Position numbers and translations under genes: made by a program. Below, piece after piece: positions 40,235-49,353 of a stretch of 64,000 bases of DNA. Every line of letters starts with the position of its first letter. Position 1 is the first letter of the stretch. The stretch comes from an uncultured Gemmatimonadales bacterium (GTDB lineage Bacteria > Gemmatimonadota > Gemmatimonadetes > Longimicrobiales > RSA9): positions 672,001-736,000 of the forward strand of contig CAWAMW010000016.1 of assembly GCA_963783305.1 (NCBI GenBank), given 5' to 3'. The notes under the pieces were generated by a model. It did no database searches, had not been told where the DNA came from, and worked only from the letters and a program-made list of their open reading frames with translations.

Positions 40235-40750
40235 TCAGTGGATTTCGGCGCCTCCGGGCACACGCGGAAAAGCGCGGCGCGGCAGCGGGGACTCTGCGGT
40301 CTCTCCTTCGTCGGGGCGGGCGGGCCCTTCGTCCTCAAAGTCGTCCGATCGCTTCGGAACGGGACGCGCGTACTTCAGCCGCTCCGTGATGGTGTCCCAG
40401 GCCGCCTGCAGCACAGGGAGCTCACCGCGGTGCCTGACAATGAACGCCCTGAGCTGGTCCTCCGTCGCGCCATGACGCTCCAGGATCACCCGTTTGCGCT
40501 CCTCGAAGAGCGCCGCCGCGCTATCCTCGTCCGCCACCTCGCGCTCCGCTTCGCGCAGCGAGACGATGACGTCGATGAACTGCTCCGACGAAAGCGCGGG
40601 GGCGTCCGCACTCTCGCCCGCGCAGCCGCCCAGCCCCATACCGAGGGCGAGGAGGAGCGGAACAGAGACGCGCGCGAGCCATCCCCTCCCGCGGCGTCCG
40701 AGGACGAATGGGGGCGTGGGGCCGGCCGGTGGACTGAGAGAAGTACTCAT
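40235..40750 (-). CDS. Hypothetical lipoprotein (DUF4296-like helical domain)
   Basis: LGG-C lipobox; LSSEQFIDVIVSL...ILERHGATEDQLRAF. Confidence 0.55.
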   Translation of the reverse strand: MSTSLSPPAGPTPPFVLGRRGRGWLARVSVPLLLALGMGLGGCAGESADAPALSSEQFIDVIVSLREAEREVADEDSAAALFEERKRVILERHGATEDQLRAFIVRHRGELPVLQAAWDTITERLKYARPVPKRSDDFEDEGPARPDEGETAESPLPRRAFPRVPGGAEIH

Positions 40751-40904
40751 GCCCCGCAAGATAGTCGGATCGTTGCCAGCGGTCATCCGGCCTTGCCATG
40801 GCCTCAGTCGGAGGGGGTCCTGCCGATGAGGCAGTTTCGCCCGGCATGCGTCGTGTAACGAAGAGGACCGGGACTCATTGGACACCGTGGATGGTCAGGA
40901 ACAG

Positions 40905-43586
40905 ATGCTGAACTCGGAACGTTTGACGATCAAGGCCGGCGAGGCGCTGCAGGCGGCTCTGGCGGATGCGGAGCGGCGGGGCAACCCATCGTTGGAGGAC
41001 GTGCACCTGCTGGCGGCACTGCTGGACCAGCAGGAGAGCGTGGTCGTGCCGGTCCTGCACAAGGTGGGTGTGAACGTGGCGCGGGTGAAGGATCGTGTGA
41101 AGGTGGCGGTGGAGCGGCTGCCGAAGCAGACGGGGGGAGTGCGCCCTGCCGTGAGTCGCGAGCTGAACGGGATCCTGGATCGTGCCGAGGAGGAGGCCCG
41201 GGAGCTCTCGGACGAGTACGTGTCGACGGAGCACCTGCTGCTGGCGTTGGCGTGGAAGAAGGGGAGCAGTGCTCGGGAGTTGCTGTCCGGTGAGGGTGCG
41301 GACCGGGCGGCGCTGCTGGAGGCGGTGGAAGCCGTGCGGGGCCCGCATCGGGTGACGGACCAGAGTCCGGAGCAGAAGTACCGGGCGCTGGAGCGGTTCA
41401 GCCGCGATCTGACGGCGTACGCCCGGCAGGGAAAGCTGGACCCGGTGATCGGTCGGGATGAGGAGATCCGGCGGGTGATGCAGGTACTCAGCCGGAGGAC
41501 GAAGAACAACCCGGTGTTGATCGGTGAGCCGGGGGTGGGGAAGACGGCGATCGCGGAGGGTCTGGCCCAGCGGATCGTGAGCGGCGACGTGCCGGAGTCG
41601 CTCAGGGACAAGGCGCTGCTCCAGCTCGACATCAGCGCCATGGTGGCGGGGGCGAAGTACCGGGGCGAGTTCGAGGAGCGGTTCAAGGCGGTGCTGAAGG
41701 AGCTGACGGAGGCGGAGGGTCGGTTCGTCGTGTTCATCGATGAACTCCACACTCTGGTGGGTGCCGGTGCAGCGGAGGGTGCGGTGGACGCGGGCAACAT
41801 GATCAAGCCGCCGCTGGCCCGGGGAGAGCTGCATGTGGTAGGGGCGACGACGCTGGACGAGTACCGCAAGCACATCGAGAAGGACGCCGCGCTCGAGCGG
41901 CGGTTCCAGCCGGTGTTCGTGGGCGAGCCGAGCGTGGAGGACACGGTGGCCATCCTGCGGGGGCTCAAGGAGCGCTACGAGGTGCATCACGGTGTGCGGA
42001 TCACCGATTCGGCGCTGCTCGCCGCCGCTCGTCTCAGCGACCGCTACATCGGCGGTCGATTCCTGCCGGATAAGGCCATCGACCTCGTGGACGAGGCGGC
42101 CAGTCGGCTCCGGATCGAGATCGACAGCCTGCCGCAGGAGATCGACGAGGTGCAGCGTCGGATCACGCAGCTGGAGATCGAGAAGCAGGCCATGCGGAGC
42201 GAGGAGGACCCGGAGGCCGTGCGGCGCCGCGAGGCGATCGGGCAGGAGCTGGCGGAGCTCCGGGAGCGGGCCAGCGGCATGAAGGCGAAATGGCAGAGCG
42301 AAAAGGACCGGATCGCCCGGATCCGGGATCTCAAGGAACGGATCGACGGGCTTAAGGTGGAGATGGAGCGCGCGACCCGTACGGGCGACCTGAGTCGTGC
42401 GGCGGAGATCCAGTACGGCGAGATCCCGCAGACACAGCAGGAGCTGGCCGAAGCGGAATCCCGACTGGACGAGGTGCAGGGAGGAACGCAGTACCTGAAG
42501 GAGGAGGTGGACGAGGAGGACATCGCGGGCGTGGTGTCGCGCTGGACGGGAATCCCGGTCAGCCGGATGCTGGAGACGGAGAGGGAGCGGCTGCGGCAGC
42601 TCGAGTCGCTGCTTCGTGCCCGTGTCGTGGGACAGGAGCAGGCGCTGGAGGCCGTGAGCCACGCCGTTCGGCGGAGTCGCGCCGGGCTCCAGGACCCCGA
42701 CCGCCCCATCGGCAGCTTCATCTTCCTCGGCCCCACGGGCGTGGGGAAGACGGAGACCGCCCGGGCCCTGGCCGAGTTCCTCTTCGACGACGAGGACGCC
42801 ATGGTCCGGATCGACATGAGCGAGTACATGGAGAAGCACGCCGTGGCGAGGCTGATCGGCGCCCCTCCCGGGTACGTGGGGTTCGAGGAGGGTGGGCAGC
42901 TCACGGAGCAGGTGCGGCGGCGCCCGTACAGCGTGGTGCTGTTCGATGAGATCGAGAAGGCGCACACGGAGGTGTTCAACGTCCTGCTCCAGATCCTCGA
43001 TGATGGCCGGCTGACCGACAGCCAGGGTCGAACGGTGGACTTCCGGAACGTGGTGATCATCATGACCTCGAACCTCGGGAGCCACTACATCCTGGAGCAT
43101 TCGGGCAGTGACTGGGGCGCGACGGAGGAGCACGTCCAGGGAGAGCTGCGGCGCCACTTCCGGCCCGAGTTCCTGAACCGTGTGGACGACATCATCGTGT
43201 TCCGGCCTCTGGGTGAGGCGGAGCTTGCGGAGATCGTGGAGCTGCAGCTGCGGCGGGTGCAGCGGCTGCTGGCCGAGCGCCGGATCCGGCTGGAGGTAAC
43301 GGACGCGGCCAAGGCGCTGATCGCGCGTACCGGCTATGACCCGGCGTTCGGCGCGCGGCCGTTGAAGAGAGCGGTCCAGAAGCTGATCCAGAACCCGCTG
43401 GCGATGCGCATGCTGGACGAGGAGATCCCCGAGGGTGCGCGGGTCGTGGCGGATGTGGATGAGGGCGGTGAGGCGCTCGGTTTCCACGTGGCCGCGGGGT
43501 CGGGTGAGGGTAGCCCAACCCGGGACGAGGTGGAGGTCGGGGGTGACCCGGCGGCGGGTCCGACTTCCGGGGGCGGGGCCGCTTGA
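40905..43586 (+). CDS. clpB: ATP-dependent chaperone ClpB
   Basis: Two AAA modules ([16 protein letters not shown]), middle coiled coil, GYVGFEEGG. Confidence 0.97.
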   Translation: MLNSERLTIKAGEALQAALADAERRGNPSLEDVHLLAALLDQQESVVVPVLHKVGVNVARVKDRVKVAVERLPKQTGGVRPAVSRELNGILDRAEEEARELSDEYVSTEHLLLALAWKKGSSARELLSGEGADRAALLEAVEAVRGPHRVTDQSPEQKYRALERFSRDLTAYARQGKLDPVIGRDEEIRRVMQVLSRRTKNNPVLIGEPGVGKTAIAEGLAQRIVSGDVPESLRDKALLQLDISAMVAGAKYRGEFEERFKAVLKELTEAEGRFVVFIDELHTLVGAGAAEGAVDAGNMIKPPLARGELHVVGATTLDEYRKHIEKDAALERRFQPVFVGEPSVEDTVAILRGLKERYEVHHGVRITDSALLAAARLSDRYIGGRFLPDKAIDLVDEAASRLRIEIDSLPQEIDEVQRRITQLEIEKQAMRSEEDPEAVRRREAIGQELAELRERASGMKAKWQSEKDRIARIRDLKERIDGLKVEMERATRTGDLSRAAEIQYGEIPQTQQELAEAESRLDEVQGGTQYLKEEVDEEDIAGVVSRWTGIPVSRMLETERERLRQLESLLRARVVGQEQALEAVSHAVRRSRAGLQDPDRPIGSFIFLGPTGVGKTETARALAEFLFDDEDAMVRIDMSEYMEKHAVARLIGAPPGYVGFEEGGQLTEQVRRRPYSVVLFDEIEKAHTEVFNVLLQILDDGRLTDSQGRTVDFRNVVIIMTSNLGSHYILEHSGSDWGATEEHVQGELRRHFRPEFLNRVDDIIVFRPLGEAELAEIVELQLRRVQRLLAERRIRLEVTDAAKALIARTGYDPAFGARPLKRAVQKLIQNPLAMRMLDEEIPEGARVVADVDEGGEALGFHVAAGSGEGSPTRDEVEVGGDPAAGPTSGGGAA

Positions 43587-43657
43587 CACCGCGCCAGGGC
43601 TCGACCACGTTCCCGGGAGCCTGGCCGACCCGGCCGATCCCGAACCACGGATAGTCC

Positions 43658-44110
43658 ATGATCAGAGTGAAGGCGCCGTTGCTGTTGACTCTCTTCCTCG
43701 TCGCGGCGAGCGGCTGCGGGGGGAGCAGGAGGGACACGACGCAGACGGCGGCCCAGGGGTCGCCCGGTCCGGCGTTGACGGTCGAGCGATTCCTGCAGGC
43801 GGCAAACGCGAATGATCTGGAAACCATGATGCAGCTGTTCGGTACGGCCGACCGCACGATCGTCCAGATCGACGGACAGGCGCGGGCGGAGCGCCGGATG
43901 TATGTGCTCGCGACGCTCCTGCACCACGACGATTACACGATCGTGAGCCAGGCTGGGGTGCCCGGTCGGATGAAGGACGCCACGGAGCTCCAGGTCCGGC
44001 TGCGGCGGGGGGACAGGAGCGTGGTAGTGCCGCACATGGTGGTGCGGAAGAAGGGTGGTGGCTGGATCATCGAGAAGATCGACATCGAGAAGCTGACGCA
44101 GAGCTCGTAG
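43658..44110 (+). CDS. Hypothetical lipoprotein (possible NTF2-like fold)
   Basis: ASG-C lipobox; TVERFLQAANAND...WIIEKID; TTGACA-17-CACGTT upstream (43583..43611). Confidence 0.7.
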   Translation: MIRVKAPLLLTLFLVAASGCGGSRRDTTQTAAQGSPGPALTVERFLQAANANDLETMMQLFGTADRTIVQIDGQARAERRMYVLATLLHHDDYTIVSQAGVPGRMKDATELQVRLRRGDRSVVVPHMVVRKKGGGWIIEKIDIEKLTQSS

Positions 44111-44212
44111 GGCGGCGCCAGCGCACCGGAAGCGGCGTGATCCGTGCCTCGAAATGGCCGGATACTTGCGTCGATTCTCCGGTGGAATCATGAACGCATC
44201 AGGGGGTTGGAC

Positions 44213-44551
44213 ATGGCAGACAACGGTGGAACGCCGATCGCGGTAGATGATGGATCGTTCGGGACCGAAATCGAGGGCAGCGAAGGGCTGGCCATGGTGG
44301 ATTTCTGGGCAGAATGGTGCGGTCCGTGCCGGATGGTGGGTCCGATCGTGGAGCAGCTGGCGACGGAGTACGAGGGTCGGGTGAAGGTGGGCAAGCTGGA
44401 TGTGGACGCGAACCAGCAGACGGCCATGCGCTTCAACATCCGGTCGATCCCGAGCATCCTGTTCTTCAAGGATGGGAAGCACGTCGACACGGTGGTGGGG
44501 GCGGTGCCCAAGCCGATGCTCGAGCGGAAGATCACCGAGCACCTCGGGTAA
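44213..44551 (+). CDS. trxA: Thioredoxin
   Basis: VDFWAEWCGPCR. Confidence 0.96.
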   Translation: MADNGGTPIAVDDGSFGTEIEGSEGLAMVDFWAEWCGPCRMVGPIVEQLATEYEGRVKVGKLDVDANQQTAMRFNIRSIPSILFFKDGKHVDTVVGAVPKPMLERKITEHLG

Positions 44552-44576
44552 GCGTACCCGGGGAACCGCAGGTAAT

Positions 44577-44606
44577 GCGGGGCAGGGGCGAACGCCCCTG
44601 CCCCGC
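44577..44606 (+). terminator. Hairpin after trxA
   Basis: 13-bp perfect stem GCGGGGCAGGGGC-GAAC-GCCCCTGCCCCGC; weak U tract. Confidence 0.6.
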
Positions 44607-44631
44607 TCGCTATTTCACCGTACGGTGAGTC

Positions 44632-45462
44632 ATGGCTCGTCTCTACATTGTCAGCACCCCCATCGGGAACCTCTCGGATATGACGTATCGGGCCGTGGAG
44701 GTGCTCCGCGGCGTCTCGCGGATCCTGGCGGAGGACACGCGGCGGACCAGCGTGCTCCTGCGGCGGTACGACATCGAGAACCGGATGGTGTCGGCTCACG
44801 AACACAACGAGGCGGGCCGGGCCGGCCAGGTCGTGTCATGGCTGGATGCGGGGGACGACCTGGCGCTGGTTTCCGACGCGGGAACGCCGCTCCTCTCCGA
44901 CCCGGGCGCCCGCCTGGTGGAGGCCGCGGTGGCGGGCGGCCACGAGGTCGTGCCGATCCCGGGGGCATCGGCTGCCCTGGCGGCGCTGGTGGTGTCGGGA
45001 CTCCCGGCGGAGCCCTTCACGTTCTTCGGGTTCGTGGCCCGTAGCGGAGCGGCGCGTACGGACCGGCTCGCGGAGCTGGCGACGCTCCCGCACACGGCGG
45101 TCCTCTACGAGAGCCCGGAGCGGCTGGTCCGTCTGCTCGAGCAGCTGGGGGAGCGGTCGTCGGCGGAGCGCCGCGTGGCGGTATCACGAGAGCTCACGAA
45201 GCTTCATGAGGAGCACGTGCGAGGCACTCTGGATGAGGTGGCCGCACACTACAGGGAGCGGGGGGTGAAGGGGGAGGTGGTGGTGGTGCTCGAGGGGGCT
45301 GCGGCTGCGCCTGCCGAGGTGGACGAGGCAGCCGCCGCAGCGCTCGCGGGCGCGCTGCTCGACGCGGGTCAGCGGCCGAGCGTGGTGGCGAAGGAGGTTG
45401 CGCGGCGGCTGGGGGTGCCGCGCAACCGGGCCTACGACATCGTGCAGGGCCTCAGCGGGTGA
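44632..45462 (+). CDS. rsmI: 16S rRNA (cytidine(1402)-2'-O)-methyltransferase
   Basis: STPIGNLSD, AEDTR, VSDAGTPLLSDPG, RELTKLHEE. Confidence 0.95.
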   Translation: MARLYIVSTPIGNLSDMTYRAVEVLRGVSRILAEDTRRTSVLLRRYDIENRMVSAHEHNEAGRAGQVVSWLDAGDDLALVSDAGTPLLSDPGARLVEAAVAGGHEVVPIPGASAALAALVVSGLPAEPFTFFGFVARSGAARTDRLAELATLPHTAVLYESPERLVRLLEQLGERSSAERRVAVSRELTKLHEEHVRGTLDEVAAHYRERGVKGEVVVVLEGAAAAPAEVDEAAAAALAGALLDAGQRPSVVAKEVARRLGVPRNRAYDIVQGLSG

Positions 45463-45985
45463 CGTCCACGTCGCCGCGGAGCCAGGTGCGGGGGCCGAAC
45501 GATGGCTGGCCGAGGGCGCCGGCATCCACCGCGACGGTCCCGCGCAGCGCGTACTCGATGGAGCCGCGTCGCACCGCTTCCATGAGCCGATCCGCCAGGT
45601 CCGGCACCTCGGCGAAGCTGAGGGTCAGGTTGAGCGGGATGACCGTGTCCTGACCAGCCTGCAGCGGGAGTCCCAGTGGGAGGTCCACATCGGCGGCCCG
45701 CTGCTCGCTCAGGAGCACGGTGCCGGAGAGCCGGGAGAGGGTGAAGCCCAGGGGGTTCGGGTTCCCGACCCGGGCCCAAACCTGGATCTCTGCGCCGCCG
45801 AGGGGGCGTCCCAGCGACGGCCCGAGGAGCCGGATGTTCGAGCCGCGGTCCTGGGCGAGCTCGAAGACGGGCGCCTGCACGACCTGACCGAGGCTCGCGC
45901 ACCCGCTGAGGCCTGCAGCGCCCAGGGCGAGAGCTGCGAGCGCGGTGAGCGTACGGCTGGGACTGCGGCGGCGAGTGTGTGTCAT
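45452..45985 (-). CDS. LEA type 2 (WHy domain) lipoprotein
   Basis: LSG-C lipobox; NPNPLG motif; start ATG 45985. Confidence 0.78.
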   Translation of the reverse strand: MTHTRRRSPSRTLTALAALALGAAGLSGCASLGQVVQAPVFELAQDRGSNIRLLGPSLGRPLGGAEIQVWARVGNPNPLGFTLSRLSGTVLLSEQRAADVDLPLGLPLQAGQDTVIPLNLTLSFAEVPDLADRLMEAVRRGSIEYALRGTVAVDAGALGQPSFGPRTWLRGDVDVTR

Positions 45986-46042
45986 GCCTTTGTGCTCCGA
46001 GAGGACCCGGCGCCCCGGTCGGGCACCGCTGGCGTCCGCAGG

Positions 46043-46058
46043 TGCAACCGCCGTGCCC
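46043..46058 (-). promoter_or_regulatory. sigma54 -24/-12 promoter upstream of the LEA gene
   Basis: Minus strand reads GGGCACGGCGGTTGCA, near-consensus GGCACG-N4-TTGCA. Confidence 0.65.
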
Positions 46059-46118
46059 GTCAGCCGCGCCCGGGTCCGCTGCTGGCGCCCCCAACTCCCG
46101 CAGCCGCGCCGGATTCCG

Positions 46119-47093
46119 CTATTCCAGCGCCGCCTGCTCGGCGCGGAGAGTGATCTCCAGCCCCTCCCGGAATGGCCGCGGCTCCCAGCCCAGCTCGCGC
46201 CGGGCCTTTGCATCGCTGGCGAAGTAGGTGGAGCCGGCGGCGACCCGGAGCGTCTCCGGATGGTAGGTAGGCGGCAGCGGAACCACGCGGGCCACGGGCC
46301 GCAATAGCATGGAAGAGGCGCGGGCGAGCCAGGGCGGGAGGACCATCCTGGGCGGGGCTTTGCCGGTGATATCGCTGGCCACCCCGAGGGCCTCCGACCA
46401 GTACATGCACGGGCCCGCAATGTTGTAGCTCTCACCGACTTCGCCGCGCTCCATGGCGAGGATATGGCCGCGGGCGGTGTCCTCGACGAACGACCAGCAG
46501 CCCCCCTGCTTCGGGACCACTGGCAGGCGGCCCCGCAGGAAGTCCCTCAGTACGAGCCCTACGTTGCTGTGGTCGCCCGGGCCGTGCACCAGCCCGGGCT
46601 GCACGATGACGAGCGGCAGCCCGGCTTCCACCATGGGGAGCGCGACCTCGTAATGCGCCAGCCATTTCGTGCGGTCGTACTCGCTCAGCCAGGGACCGTC
46701 CATCCTGTAGCCCTCGTCTACCACCGCGCCATCGGTGTCGCCGTAGACGGCCACCGTGCTGGTGTAGACGATCTTCGGCACGGCGAGGTCGCGGGCGGCC
46801 TCCAGCACGTTGCGGGTCCCGTCCATGTTGATGGCGTGTGCCATGGCGCGATCTCTGGCGCCGAGCTTGTACCACGCGGCAAGGTGGAATACGCCGTCGA
46901 CGCCCTCCATGGGGCCGCGTAGGGTGTCGGGCTCGGTAATATCTCCGGGTGCGAGCTCGACGCCCAGCTCGCGGAGCGCGAGCGCCTTCTCCGGGGTCCG
47001 GACCAGTGCCACAATCTCGTGACTATCCGCCAGGAGCTGACGCGCCACGTGGCCGCCAATGAACCCGGTGGCACCCGTCAGGAAGTATCTCAT
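46119..47093 (-). CDS. NAD-dependent epimerase/dehydratase (extended SDR)
   Basis: TGATGFIG, HLAA, YDRTK (YxxxK). Confidence 0.9.
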   Translation of the reverse strand: MRYFLTGATGFIGGHVARQLLADSHEIVALVRTPEKALALRELGVELAPGDITEPDTLRGPMEGVDGVFHLAAWYKLGARDRAMAHAINMDGTRNVLEAARDLAVPKIVYTSTVAVYGDTDGAVVDEGYRMDGPWLSEYDRTKWLAHYEVALPMVEAGLPLVIVQPGLVHGPGDHSNVGLVLRDFLRGRLPVVPKQGGCWSFVEDTARGHILAMERGEVGESYNIAGPCMYWSEALGVASDITGKAPPRMVLPPWLARASSMLLRPVARVVPLPPTYHPETLRVAAGSTYFASDAKARRELGWEPRPFREGLEITLRAEQAALE

Positions 47094-47103
47094 GATCGGA
47101 GCA

Positions 47104-48468
47104 TTACTCCCCGCCGTCGAGGTAGTGCAGGACCACGGCGGTCATGGTGCGGATCCCCACGGGGATGGCGCCGTCATCGCCCGTGTAGGTGGGGGTGTGG
47201 AGGCCGCCGGAGGTGGTGCCGGGGCGGGTGGTGCCCAGGCGGTAGTAGAAGCCCGGGATCTCGCGGGCGAAGTAAGCGAAGTCCTCGGCCGTGGCGGTGG
47301 GCGGGAGGACGTGGACCTTGTCGTCGCCCACGACCCGGGCCAGGGCGGGGGCGACACGGGCGCCCAGGTCGAGATCGTTGACGGTGACGGGTACCACGCG
47401 CTGGTAGTCGAGCTCGTAGGAGCCGCCGCCGGCGCGGCTGATCCCATCCAGGATCTCGTTCATGCGGCGCTCCACCACGTCCTGCACCGCGGGATCGAAC
47501 GTCCGGACCGTGCCGGAGAGCTCGACGCGGCCGGGGATGATGTTGTTGCGCTCGCCGCCGTGGAAGGTGCCGACGGTCACCACCCCGGGCGCCAGCGGGT
47601 CCATGGTGCGCGACCGGATGGTCTGGAGCGCGAGCACCGCCTGTGATGCCATGACAATGGGATCTATGGACTCGTGGGGGCGGGCGCCGTGGGCCTGCTC
47701 GCCGTGGAGGACCGCGCGCCAGGTGTCGGCTGCGGCCATGGCCGGACCGGGGACGTACCCCACCTCGCCCACCTCCAGGGAGGGGATGGTGTGGAGGCCG
47801 AAGATGACCTCGGGGGCCGGGTCGGCGAAGACCCCTTCTTTCAGCATGAGCGGAGCGCCGCCCTCCTCGCCGGCGGGCGGGCCCTCCTCCGCCGGCTGGA
47901 AGATGAAGACCACGGTGCCCGGCAGCTCGGCGCGCATATCCGCCAGCACGCTGGCAGTGCCGAGCCCCACGGCCACGTGGATGTCGTGACCGCAGGCGTG
48001 CATGACGCCCACTTCCTGGCCCTCGTAGGTGGTGCGCTTCGTGGACGCGAACGGGAGCCCGGTCGCTTCGGTGACCGGGAGCGCGTCCATGTCCGCCCGC
48101 ACGGCCACGACGGGGCCCGGTCGCCCGCCGCGGAGGATGCCCACCACGCCGGTGTGGGCGACGCCCGTCCGGACCTCATCGAAGCCGAGCGCCCGGAGGT
48201 GCTCCGCGACGAGCGCGGCGGTCTCCGTCTCGCGGTTGCTGAGCTCCGGGTTCCGATGGATCGTGTGACGGACGTCGACGGCCTCAGCCGCGCGTCGCTC
48301 GACGAGGGGCTCGATGTCGGGAGTCTGGGCGGCCCCGAGGGTCGGAGCGAGGCTCGCCGTGAAGACGAGCGCGGGTATGACAAAACGGCCGGCGGAGCTG
48401 ACGAGAGCCGGGAAAAGCCTTCGGAACGGGAGTCGGGACATGGTCACCTGTAGCGCTCGGGTCGTCAT
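47104..48468 (-). CDS. M20 family amidohydrolase with signal peptide (start may be 48441)
   Basis: HRNPELS, RADMDALP, MHACGHD, FQPAEEG, AEDFA. Confidence 0.9.
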   Translation of the reverse strand: MTTRALQVTMSRLPFRRLFPALVSSAGRFVIPALVFTASLAPTLGAAQTPDIEPLVERRAAEAVDVRHTIHRNPELSNRETETAALVAEHLRALGFDEVRTGVAHTGVVGILRGGRPGPVVAVRADMDALPVTEATGLPFASTKRTTYEGQEVGVMHACGHDIHVAVGLGTASVLADMRAELPGTVVFIFQPAEEGPPAGEEGGAPLMLKEGVFADPAPEVIFGLHTIPSLEVGEVGYVPGPAMAAADTWRAVLHGEQAHGARPHESIDPIVMASQAVLALQTIRSRTMDPLAPGVVTVGTFHGGERNNIIPGRVELSGTVRTFDPAVQDVVERRMNEILDGISRAGGGSYELDYQRVVPVTVNDLDLGARVAPALARVVGDDKVHVLPPTATAEDFAYFAREIPGFYYRLGTTRPGTTSGGLHTPTYTGDDGAIPVGIRTMTAVVLHYLDGGE

Positions 48469-48656
48469 CGGGGGAAGGGGTCGAAGCTAGCCCGGCGGCA
48501 GGACTGGCACCAGCGGGGTCCGCGTCCCTCCCCCTGATGGGCGGCCGCCGTTAGACTCACTCCGGCGTAGCGTACCGACACCGGCGCAGGGTCGACGGCG
48601 GCTGGAGTCGCGCCGGCCACAGGCCCCTCAGCCCACGTCCAATCCAGAGGAACCGA

Positions 48657-49283
48657 ATGGCCCACGAGAAAGTCCTGCGGGAAGCGGTGATCGCTCCCAG
48701 TGCGGTCCGCTACAAGGTACTGGCCGACGCGGCGACCCTCGCCGCGTCGATCGTGGGAATCGCGATCCTGCCGCTCTCCGTGCCGATCACAACGTGGTAC
48801 TACCGTCGCTACTACGCCAACCTGCGGGTGCGGCTGACGACGCGGGAGATCAAGGTCGACCGGGGAGTGCTGGTGCGGGAGGAGAAATCGATCCCGCTGG
48901 AGAAGATCACCGACCTGGCCGTCTACCAGGGCCCGATCATGCGGTGGATGGACCTCAAGGGAATCCGGGTCGAGACCGCGGGGCAGTCGGGTGGGGGATC
49001 GGCGCTGGTGAGCATCGTGGGGCTCGACGACACCGACGGATTCCGTGACCGCGTCCTGGCTCAGCGGGACCGCATCGCTGATCGGGATGACGGCGTGGCG
49101 GGGTCCACGGGCGCGGGGTCCGGGAGCGGCGTGGGGGCGGGGGAGGCCACGGTGGTGTCGGACGCCGATCAGAGCGGTGAGCTGCCGGACGCGGCGCGGG
49201 AGCGGGACGCCGCGCTGCTGGAGTTGGTGACGGAGATACGGGACCTGCTGCGTGGGCTGGAGTCGTCGCGGGCGGAGCATTGA
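48657..49283 (+). CDS. Membrane protein with a bacterial PH (bPH_2) domain
   Basis: RGVLVREEKSIPLEKITDL...QGPIMR...IRVETAG. Confidence 0.78.
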   Translation: MAHEKVLREAVIAPSAVRYKVLADAATLAASIVGIAILPLSVPITTWYYRRYYANLRVRLTTREIKVDRGVLVREEKSIPLEKITDLAVYQGPIMRWMDLKGIRVETAGQSGGGSALVSIVGLDDTDGFRDRVLAQRDRIADRDDGVAGSTGAGSGSGVGAGEATVVSDADQSGELPDAARERDAALLELVTEIRDLLRGLESSRAEH

Positions 49284-49353
49284 CCTCGCCTTTCCGGGCG
49301 GCACCCATTAGACTCCACCTTTCGGTTTACCTTCGCCTCGATCCCAGAGCCGC

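Noticed and set aside
48559..48616. Crossing stems (possible pseudoknot) upstream of the PH-domain gene
   Set aside because: Stems of 7-8 bp are easily found by chance at this GC content, and I recognise no riboswitch motif.
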